Source: Thermoanaerobaculia bacterium (GTDB lineage Bacteria > Acidobacteriota > Thermoanaerobaculia > Multivoradales > Multivoraceae). From it: DNA of 64,000 bases. This document shows, in pieces, positions 21,059 to 28,601 of this stretch. Position 1 is the first letter of the stretch, and every line of letters begins with the position of its first letter. Location: contig OY761158.1 of the NCBI GenBank assembly GCA_963664405.1, positions 1,120,001-1,184,000 of the forward strand. Direction: 5' to 3'. A model generated the notes under the pieces. The model ran no database searches, was not told the origin of the DNA, and saw nothing but the letters and a program-made list of their open reading frames with translations. The translations under genes and the position numbers were made by a program.

Positions 21059-21189
21059 TCGAGCAAAATGCTATCACTCGAGATTCTCACCAGCGGCCGC
21101 CCAAAACGCCGTTGAGACGCCGGTTTTTCAGGCTCCGAAGCGCTAGCGATGTTGAGATGACCCCCGCAGCCAACTATCATCGCAACTCG

Positions 21190-22776
21190 ATGACGCGACA
21201 TGAGCTGCTGAGCCTCAGCGGATTGACCTCCATCCGACCTTCCGAGGATGACTGTGAATCCGTCGGCCGATCCCCGAGCTCGGACTTCCCCGTTCTTCAC
21301 GACTCCGTCTCGCGTCACCACGCGGAGATCCGATCGGCCGAGGGCGGAGTTCTGGTGCGCGATCTCGGATCCACCAACGGCACCCTGTTGAACGGCGCCA
21401 AGATCCAGGAGGCCACAGCTACTCCAAGCGACATCGTCTCCTTCGGAGAGGTCCGCTATCGAGTTCGCGAGGTGAAGCCTACGGCAGAAGAGCGAGCCTC
21501 CGCTGACGCAATCGAAGACAACGACATATCGATCGCAGCAGGCACTGTGTGGCGAGAGCTACCCCTCGACATCGGGAAGGGAGACGAAGCCGATACCGCC
21601 ACCTTCGACAGAGAGCGCGCAGAGCGCACGGGGAAGAACCTCGAGCTCTTGCTGCAGATCTCGAAGGAGCTGTCGGGAGAGGGCGGTGTGGATCCGGTGC
21701 TCGAAGGCATCGTCGACATCCTCTCGGAGGTGATGGACGTCCACCGCGTCTCCGTCCTGCTTTTGGATGACGAGTCCAAAGAGCTGGTCCCCAGGGTTTC
21801 GAGCCGTCTCGGGAAGCGCACGAGAAGGCACGACCACGTACCCAAATCGATCCTCGCCAGAGTGGTCGACGATCGGGTCACAATTGTCACCGAGGACGCC
21901 ATGGCCGACGCCCGTTTCGACGGCAAGTCGGTGATGCTGCAACAGGTGTGCGCCGCCATGGCCACGCCATTGGTGTCGAGCAAGGGAGAGGTGCTTGGTG
22001 CGATCTACGCCGACCGCCTGTCAGGGATCGACAACAGTTTCAGCGACGAGGATCTCGACTTCCTGTCCGGTTTCGCCGGCATTGCGGGCGCCGCGATTCA
22101 CAATAGCCGGCTATCCGAGACGCTGCGTAGACAGGCCGTCACGGTTTCGAACTTTCAGCGCTACTTCGCCCCTGAGCTCGCCGCCGAGATCGCCGCCGAA
22201 GAGAGTGTCGTCCAGCTCGGTGGCCTGAAGAAACCACTCTCGGTCCTCTTCACTGACATCCGCGGCTTTACCTCCCTGTCGGAGGGATTGGAGCCGGAAG
22301 AGGTGATTACCCTTCTCAACGATTTCTTTGGTGAGATGGTGGACATCATTTTCGAGTACGGAGGCACTCTCGACAAGTTCATCGGCGACGCCATCATGGC
22401 GAACTGGGGCGCGCCGGTGGCTCGCCCCGACGATGCGGAGCGCGCCCTTGCGGCAGCGATCGATATGCAGAACGAGCTGGTTTCGATGAATCGGCGCAAG
22501 CAGCCTGGAGAGCCGCAGGTCAAGATTGGCATCGGAATCAACTACGGTGAGGCCTTCGTAGGGAACATCGGTAGTCACCGTCGTCTCGAGTACACGGCCA
22601 TCGGCGATACCGTCAACACAGCCTCTCATCTCTGCTCAATGGCCGGTCCGGGAGAGATCCTGGTCAGCGGCGATTTCCTCGCCTGTCTCGGCGACCGGCC
22701 CGAGGTGGACGATCTCGGCCTCGCGAAGCTCAAGACCAGAAGAGAGCCAACCGCCGTCTATCGCATCAGGATGTGA
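21190..22776 (+). CDS. FHA-GAF-class III adenylate/guanylate cyclase
   Basis: FHA (VGRS..SVSRHHA..DLGSTNGT), GAF (DA.AD.RF...PL...GEVLGAIYAD) and cyclase (VLFTDIRGFT, DKFIGDA, EYTAIGDTVN). Start 21190 inferred (ORF open from 21112). Confidence 0.92.
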   Translation: MTRHELLSLSGLTSIRPSEDDCESVGRSPSSDFPVLHDSVSRHHAEIRSAEGGVLVRDLGSTNGTLLNGAKIQEATATPSDIVSFGEVRYRVREVKPTAEERASADAIEDNDISIAAGTVWRELPLDIGKGDEADTATFDRERAERTGKNLELLLQISKELSGEGGVDPVLEGIVDILSEVMDVHRVSVLLLDDESKELVPRVSSRLGKRTRRHDHVPKSILARVVDDRVTIVTEDAMADARFDGKSVMLQQVCAAMATPLVSSKGEVLGAIYADRLSGIDNSFSDEDLDFLSGFAGIAGAAIHNSRLSETLRRQAVTVSNFQRYFAPELAAEIAAEESVVQLGGLKKPLSVLFTDIRGFTSLSEGLEPEEVITLLNDFFGEMVDIIFEYGGTLDKFIGDAIMANWGAPVARPDDAERALAAAIDMQNELVSMNRRKQPGEPQVKIGIGINYGEAFVGNIGSHRRLEYTAIGDTVNTASHLCSMAGPGEILVSGDFLACLGDRPEVDDLGLAKLKTRREPTAVYRIRM

Positions 22777-22993
22777 GCTTTGAAGGGTCTAGCCCTTCTC
22801 CGCCTGCGCGACCTAAGGGTCGGCGCGGAAATAAGTTTCCAGTATCTGGGGTGACCATACCACTGCCCCCTTCTTCAGCCACCGCATAATCCTCCGGTAC
22901 GCGCCTTGTTTGCAAGGTTTAGAGCTAGCATAGCCCTGCCCGCATTTGGTATAGTTTTCCCTGTCACCTCTTTTGGAAGGGGAACTATACCAA

Positions 22994-23755
22994 ATGGTAC
23001 GAGCCGAAGATCGTGATGCAACAGTGCGCGAGCTCTTGATGAGCGAACAGATGGCCACCATGGATGAGCTCAAGGACGCCATGGGAACCCGAGCCACCAT
23101 GACGGTCTACCGTTCGCTGTCTCGATTGGGCTATTTGGCCAGCTACTCGGATCGAGGGCGGTTCTATACCTTGAACGAGATTCCCGATTTCGACGATCTG
23201 GGTTTGTGGTCGTGCGGTTCGGCGAGGTTCAGTCGGCATGGCAGCCTCCTCGAAACTGCGGTGGCTGCCGTGGACCGGTCCGCTGCCGGCTATACGGCTT
23301 CTGAACTCGAGCTCCTGCTGCAGGTCGAGGTCAAGCACGCGATGTTGCACCTCGTTCGTCGCAAGAGAATCGTACGATCCAGAGTTGGGAAGAGGTTCGT
23401 ATACTTGTGCTCGGAAACAGGGCGCCGTCGTCAGCAGAAGCTGATGCGCAACGAACGGCAGGCTCTCCAGGATGTAGCTGCCAGCCTCGTTCCAGAAGTG
23501 CTCCCCGAGGAGCTCAGGGCTGCCATCGTTTTATTCTTCAGCCTGCTAGACGAACGCCAGCGGCGGCTCTTCGCTGGCCTGGAAGCGACCAAGCTCGGGC
23601 ATGGCGGCGACCGGAAGATCGCCGATCTTCTGGACCTGGACCCTCATACAGTCGCAAAAGGACGTCGCGAGCTCTTCGGCGGCTCCGTGGAGCGCGGAAG
23701 AGTTCGAAGAGCAGGCGGTGGCAACCAACGAGTGGAAAAAAAACGCCCGAGATAG
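22994..23755 (+). CDS. ISAzo13 transposase N-terminal ORF (HTH-like region)
   Basis: LDERQRRLFAGLEA.KLGHGGD..IA.LL.LDP.TVAKGRREL..RVRRAGGG. Ends just after the A8 run. ATG 22994 preceded by GAAGGGG. Confidence 0.85.
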   Translation: MVRAEDRDATVRELLMSEQMATMDELKDAMGTRATMTVYRSLSRLGYLASYSDRGRFYTLNEIPDFDDLGLWSCGSARFSRHGSLLETAVAAVDRSAAGYTASELELLLQVEVKHAMLHLVRRKRIVRSRVGKRFVYLCSETGRRRQQKLMRNERQALQDVAASLVPEVLPEELRAAIVLFFSLLDERQRRLFAGLEATKLGHGGDRKIADLLDLDPHTVAKGRRELFGGSVERGRVRRAGGGNQRVEKKRPR

Positions 23756-24801
23756 TCGATGGAATCCATTCCATACTCGAGGCCGATATAGCTGGTGATC
23801 CCATGTCATCAAAAAGATGGACGCACGAGACCGCTGCAAAGGTGGCCCAATGCCTTGCCGAACGCCTTGACATCATCGTATCGGCTACGGTGGTGCGTCG
23901 ATTGCTCGCAGACCTGAACTATTCCCTCAAGAGCAATAGGAAATGTCTGTCTTCGGGGAACTCCCCAGATCGTGATGCACAGTTCAAGGCCATCAAGCGA
24001 CTGCGCGAGGATTTCACAAGCGCTGGCGACCCGATCATCAGCGTCGATACGAAGAAGAAGGAGCTGATCGGTCGGTTCAAGAACCAGGGACAGACATGGT
24101 GCCGCGAGGCCAAGCGGGTCAAGGATCACGACTTCCGGTCCGAAGCTCTCGCCATCGCCTCCCCCTATGGGATCTACGATCTTCAGAGGAACTTCGGCGT
24201 TCTCGTCCTCGGACAGTCGTCGGACACGCCGGAGTTCGCTGTCAACAGCATCGCGACCTGGTGGCTCAAATACGGTCGATCTCACTATCCGGCGTCTCAG
24301 CGTCTCCTCATTCTTGCCGACAGCGGCGCAAGCAACGGCGCACGGCTTCGAGCCTGGAAGAAGTACCTCCAGGAGAAGCTCGTAGACAAGTGCGGCCTCA
24401 TCATCACCGTCGCCCACTATCCAACTGGCACCAGTAAATGGAATCCCATCGAGCACAGGATGTTCAGCGAGATCAGCAAGAACTGGGCCGGAGTTCCTCT
24501 CGAGAGTTTCGAGATCCTCGTCAACCTCGTCCGCAACACGACGACATCCACCGGACTGCGCGTCGAGCCGTGCCGTGATCAACGCCAATACCAGAAAGGA
24601 GTCAGGGTATCGGACAAGGAAATGCTGCAGCTCGCGGTGGCCAGGAGCGACTTCCTAGGAAAGTGGAACTACACCCTCTCGCCGAGACCGCGAACCGAGC
24701 AGGAAGAGCTTGCCCCACAGCCTGGGCTCAGCTCACCACCACCTCCAATGCAGCGACCGCCCTGTGGCGCCTCGGCCTCACACGCTCCGGCGATAATGTG
24801 A
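23731..24801 (+). CDS. ISAzo13 (Rhodopirellula-type DDE) transposase catalytic part, -1 frame
   Basis: AGDPM...W, DRDAQF, ISVDTKKKELIG.FKN, HDF, LLILADSG.SN and HYP.GTSKWNPIEHRMFS. Joins ORF1 at GGAAAAAAAAC (23734-23744). Confidence 0.92.
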   Translation, partial: SGKKTPEIVDGIHSILEADIAGDPMSSKRWTHETAAKVAQCLAERLDIIVSATVVRRLLADLNYSLKSNRKCLSSGNSPDRDAQFKAIKRLREDFTSAGDPIISVDTKKKELIGRFKNQGQTWCREAKRVKDHDFRSEALAIASPYGIYDLQRNFGVLVLGQSSDTPEFAVNSIATWWLKYGRSHYPASQRLLILADSGASNGARLRAWKKYLQEKLVDKCGLIITVAHYPTGTSKWNPIEHRMFSEISKNWAGVPLESFEILVNLVRNTTTSTGLRVEPCRDQRQYQKGVRVSDKEMLQLAVARSDFLGKWNYTLSPRPRTEQEELAPQPGLSSPPPPMQRPPCGASASHAPAIM

Positions 24802-24935
24802 AGTTATTTCCGCGCCGACCCTAAGCTTGACGCCTTCGGGGGAGGACCACTCAAGAATATTCATCGACATCATCCGGGCGCGCCACCCGCGCGCCATCCC
24901 ATGATGTTTCCGCCGAATAATGCGACACGCCTCAG

Positions 24936-25080
24936 TCAGTCAGTAGGAACCAGGCGCTTCAGCTCTTCGAACCAATGCTCGGCGATACGCAGCACAGATC
25001 TCTGCCCCTGATCGGTCGTCTTGATGAACACGAACCTCTCACCGTCCGGCGAAATGTCGTAGACCCGCCCGAGGCTGCGT
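24936..25080 (-). pseudogene. C-terminal remnant of a TolB/PD40 beta-propeller protein (kinase-PD40 type)
   Basis: Manual translation: GRVYDISPDGERFVFIKTTDQGQRSVLRIAEHWFEELKRLVPTD*. No start or N-terminal part. Confidence 0.7.
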
Positions 25081-25094
25081 CGGTGCTTAGCGGC

Positions 25095-25655
25095 CTAGCA
25101 GAGGTTACGAGCACCGTCCGGTACGAGGAAGTCGAACACTCCCTCAACCTCTATCGACTCGCCCATCGAGTCGGTCTTGACCTCGAAGCTGCCGCGGAGG
25201 CGCTCACCTGGCTGCGTGCCGAGCTCATCGAACGTCAACGAGCCTTCCGCGCTGGTGCTCATGTGGAACCCCTGTAGCGGTAGCGAGACGTCGGTCGAGT
25301 ATGCCTTTCCCACCTGTTGCGCTGCCTGGACCTCGGCCGTCGTCGTAAGGCTATGAGTCCCTACCGTCGCGTCGAGAGGGAACTGAAAGGCGATCGTGCC
25401 CGTCTTTTCCCCGTTGTCGAGTAGGAAGTAGCCGGGCCCTGAGTCCCCCATGTCGATGCAACGCAGGTCGCCGGGCCCGTCGATTTCGGCCTCGACGCTC
25501 CCCGTGACCTCGAACGTAAACACGTTCTCCTCTTCGGGCTCGGGTTCCAGTGCTGCGGCTTCGGAGACTTCGGAGGGGCCGGCCGCTGAGTCGGCGCCGC
25601 AACCGAGGCCGGGTAAGGTCAATCCCATAATCAAAACAGTGACCGCTAGGCGCAT
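25095..25655 (-). CDS. hypothetical lipoprotein
   Basis: Leader ending in LGC; GAGGAGG RBS; acidic beta-rich body. Confidence 0.7.
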   Translation of the reverse strand: MRLAVTVLIMGLTLPGLGCGADSAAGPSEVSEAAALEPEPEEENVFTFEVTGSVEAEIDGPGDLRCIDMGDSGPGYFLLDNGEKTGTIAFQFPLDATVGTHSLTTTAEVQAAQQVGKAYSTDVSLPLQGFHMSTSAEGSLTFDELGTQPGERLRGSFEVKTDSMGESIEVEGVFDFLVPDGARNLC

Positions 25656-25685
25656 AGTCTTCCTCCTCGAATCCGTTGCCCCGGT

Positions 25686-26678
25686 CTAGCCTGACTGCTT
25701 GACGAGCACGACGCGCCGGTTCTTGGCGCGCCCGTCAGGTGTGTCGTTGGTCGCGACGGGGGCCAGGAATCCTACCCCGGCGGCTCTGAGACGACCTGCC
25801 TGAATACCCATGCCCTGAAGCGCAGTCACGACCGCTTCCGCCCGTCTCTGGGACAGATCCATGTTGTGGTCGTAGCCGCCCTGGTTGTCAGTATGGCCGA
25901 CGACCAGCACCCCCAACGAGGCGCGCGATGTCATCAGGGTTTTGATCTCTTCGAGGGTCGTAGCGGAATCGGGCTTGATCTGTGCGCTGTTGGTGTCGAA
26001 GTAGATACCGTAGAGATCTATGTGTCCCGTCGCGTCGATCCCGTCCGCCATCGCCTCGGCGTCCACCGTGACCATCCCCGTGTCCATCGGCTCGGACTCG
26101 ATGATCTCCACGAGACTCATCGGTTTTTTTGAGAAGATGACATCGATCCCGATCATCAGAGAGACGTGTGTAATGCCGTCGGGTGCCGCTCTCCTCATGG
26201 CAAGGTAGCGAAAATCCCTGGCGTTCTGGAAGGTGCCGCTCTTCGAGGTCTTGAAGGCCTTGTCGCCGTGGAAGCGCAGCCACCAGAACAGGCGGCCGCA
26301 TCCCTCGTCCCCGGCGCAGGAAAAGAGCTCCTGGAAGCCGGCATCCTCTAGCGCGCTGCTGTAGTTGCGGAATATCTCGAGGGTCGAACGATCCTGGGGA
26401 CCACGATAGATGATTCGCGTGATCTTTCCTTCCAGCGATTCTTGCTTGCTGGCAACGCGGTTTCCTTCATCATCGCGCACCGCCGGGCCCAGAGGAAGAT
26501 CGAAGTCCGAAAACTCCGAGACCTGGTAACCATCGATCACCGACCCGGCGTAGCGAGAGACCATCGGGTGGTCCGCACTACCGGGAATGTCCGCAGTCTG
26601 CCCGAGTAGGGCTACTGGCATCAGTAGCGCGCCGAACACCAAGCACAACAGGGAATAGAACAGTCTCGAGTTCTTCAT
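25686..26678 (-). CDS. OmpA-family protein with N-terminal DUF4892-like domain
   Basis: Signal peptide; GS.DHP.VSRY.GS.I; GIYFD, VVGHTDN.G..N..LS.RRA.AV and GRAKNRRV. Confidence 0.9.
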   Translation of the reverse strand: MKNSRLFYSLLCLVFGALLMPVALLGQTADIPGSADHPMVSRYAGSVIDGYQVSEFSDFDLPLGPAVRDDEGNRVASKQESLEGKITRIIYRGPQDRSTLEIFRNYSSALEDAGFQELFSCAGDEGCGRLFWWLRFHGDKAFKTSKSGTFQNARDFRYLAMRRAAPDGITHVSLMIGIDVIFSKKPMSLVEIIESEPMDTGMVTVDAEAMADGIDATGHIDLYGIYFDTNSAQIKPDSATTLEEIKTLMTSRASLGVLVVGHTDNQGGYDHNMDLSQRRAEAVVTALQGMGIQAGRLRAAGVGFLAPVATNDTPDGRAKNRRVVLVKQSG

Positions 26679-26779
26679 GTCGTCAGACTAGCAGAGGGGC
26701 GGCCACGAGCCCCACCGACTCACTTTCCGGAACCAGGCCTCGCTTGACCGGCCGGAGTCTAGCGTTAGCGAGGAGGTTT

Positions 26780-27628
26780 TCAGCGGCCCTTGCCGCCCGC
26801 CTCCGGGACAATGTCCTGCCTCTTGTAGCCCGCCGGCGGGCGGAAGTCATCTTCCGAGAAAACGGCCTCACTTGCCTCGAGGAAGCGGGCCGTATGTGCG
26901 ACCTTGCCGCGCTTGAAGGTCTCCGAGACCAGCGGAAACCCGTCGGCGATCGCCATGTCGTTCATCGGTGTCTGGATGATGGAGCCTATGACGTTGCTGA
27001 ATCCGGAGGCCGATGAGAGGGCATCGATCAGTGACGAGATGAAGTCCCTCATGTCATTACTCACTGCGAGGAGGTCTTCTCCTCCGGGCAGATCCTTCCA
27101 GTCGGCGAAGCAGCCCCTCATCCCCGTCTGACCGCCACGCGAGATTTCTTTCCATTCGCAGGAAATCTCGGCCACCGTCTCTGTGCGTCCGAGATCGTTA
27201 ACCTCAGGCTCTCCGCGAGTCTGCGAACCGCCGATCGATCCCAGACGCTGCTTCATCATCTTCTCGACCATTTCCCGTTGGCCCGCGGGAACGTTGGCCA
27301 GTGCCTCTTCCATCTGCTTCATGGCCTCGCTCATCTGGGCAGCGATGCCCTCGATCATCTCCTCGTCGAAGACGAAGTAGTTCTTCTTCTTGTGATCGAC
27401 CACGTACATCTGGTCGGTGTCGCCGTCGAAGATCATGGTCGTCTGTGCCTTCCCCTCTGTCTGGTCCATTCGAAGCTTTAGGCCTTCGATCTTCATCTCG
27501 GAGACATTGTCCGGCGCCTTGGACTTCTTCGATCCCGACGACTGCATCTTGTAAATGAAACCGGCCTGCAACGGCGCGGCGAAACACAGCACACTGACGA
27601 TGCCAGCAAGGACTGCTGCCAGCTTCAT
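26780..27628 (-). CDS. exported DUF4412-like protein
   Basis: ATG 27628 with GGAGGAG RBS; signal peptide; LRMD..MIFD..YVVDH..K.Y, Met-rich helix and F.PPAGYK end. Confidence 0.7.
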   Translation of the reverse strand: MKLAAVLAGIVSVLCFAAPLQAGFIYKMQSSGSKKSKAPDNVSEMKIEGLKLRMDQTEGKAQTTMIFDGDTDQMYVVDHKKKNYFVFDEEMIEGIAAQMSEAMKQMEEALANVPAGQREMVEKMMKQRLGSIGGSQTRGEPEVNDLGRTETVAEISCEWKEISRGGQTGMRGCFADWKDLPGGEDLLAVSNDMRDFISSLIDALSSASGFSNVIGSIIQTPMNDMAIADGFPLVSETFKRGKVAHTARFLEASEAVFSEDDFRPPAGYKRQDIVPEAGGKGR

Positions 27629-27704
27629 AGCCACTCCTCCCTCAGGTTGATAGGTGTGCGAGTGTACCTCCCGTGTTGTCGGCTGACAAGAAACGCGGCA
27701 TCTA

Positions 27705-27734
27705 GGTAGTGGCTCCTCAAACTGAGCCACTACC
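27705..27734. repeat. perfect 11-bp inverted repeat inside the left end of the mini-element
   Basis: GGTAGTGGCTC-N8-GAGCCACTACC. Confidence 0.8.
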
Positions 27735-27865
27735 GGCATCTCGGCTTTCTGATCGCGGTTTAGGGTCTCAATCCGGCCAGCATCATCGTCGCGCGCGAGA
27801 GCGCGGGAGGGAGGTCCTGAGAGGCATCACTACGCTCAGAGTAAGGGAGCAGTAAGCTCTCAGAG

Positions 27866-28318
27866 ATGGCTGATGTCGAGAGCCACCGCATGTTTCTCTG
27901 CGATCGCTGTCAGACGCGCGTCTCGATCTGCAGGAGCTGCGACCGGGGCCAGAGGTATTGCGGCCACGCGTGCGCCCGTCAGGCCCGCCGTGCGGCTCAT
28001 CGGCAGGCGAATCGTCGCTACCAGAGGACCGCACGCGGTCGAGAGTTTCATCGTACTCGCCAGGCCCGGTATCGAGCTGGCCGACCATCGGACAGCGGCC
28101 GCGTGACGGATCACAGTAGCTCCAGAGCACCTTCCGCTGCTCCAGTGTCGTCCGTACCAGAATCCGTCCACTTCTGTTGCGGTTGTGGCGCCGGTCCGGT
28201 GAAGTTCCTGAGACTCCAACCGCTTACGCGTCGCCGATCGCGCCGGAGACGAGTCTACCGACGTCCGGCAACGCCCCGAGAAACCGCGGCCTCGCAGCCA
28301 GAATCCCGCACTTTCTGA
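27866..28318 (+). CDS. Cys-rich, basic putative Zn-binding protein carried by the mini-element
   Basis: CDRC..V.ICRSCDRGQRYCGHAC..AR...RRYQ...GR..H..RQ.RYR and HFCCGC; AAGGGAG RBS. Confidence 0.7.
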   Translation: MADVESHRMFLCDRCQTRVSICRSCDRGQRYCGHACARQARRAAHRQANRRYQRTARGREFHRTRQARYRAGRPSDSGRVTDHSSSRAPSAAPVSSVPESVHFCCGCGAGPVKFLRLQPLTRRRSRRRRVYRRPATPRETAASQPESRTF

Positions 28319-28330
28319 CCGCCGACAACA

Positions 28331-28582
28331 CGGGAACTTGAGCTGGGCGAAGTACTGTCTCAGCGTCTCGACAGCTCCTGATTCGCGCGCCTCGCGCTCG
28401 TAGGCCAGCCAGGCCTCGACATGAGGTTCGTCCGGAAGGGGCAGTTCGACCGGCGACGTGTCTTCGACCGACGGCGCCTCGCCATAGGCCAGTAGGACCT
28501 CCAGAAAACCGGGCGTCGCCCCCGACTCCTTCAGGACTTCCACCCGGAAGGCGCGCCGCTCGTTAGCGGGGTCCGACATCAC
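28331..28582 (-). pseudogene. 5' fragment of a hypothetical gene truncated by the mini-element
   Basis: Protein-like sequence (LPLPDEPHVEAW..Y...QLKFP) ends exactly at the TGTTGT inverted repeat; beyond it the frame is antisense to the passenger ORF. Confidence 0.6.
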
Positions 28583-28601
28583 GCCATCGGAGCCGCGCAG
28601 C

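Larger units (their letters stand above)
22817..24821 (+). mobile_element. ISAzo13-family insertion sequence, apparently complete (2005 bp)
   Basis: Terminal inverted repeats GGGTCGGCGCGGAAATAA (18 bp perfect, 20/21 extended). TAA direct repeats at 22814-22816 and 24822-24824. Contains a two-frame transposase. Confidence 0.92.
27674..28330 (+). mobile_element. non-autonomous IS21-like mini-element (657 bp)
   Basis: TG...CA ends with imperfect IRs TGTTGTCGGCTGACAAGAAACGCGG / TGTTGTCGGCGGTCAGAAAGTGCGG. No transposase. The right end truncates the neighbouring gene. Confidence 0.65.

Noticed and set aside
27860-28582. 240-aa minus-strand ORF as an intact gene
   Set aside because: Chimera: a real 5' fragment read through into the antisense strand of the mini-element.
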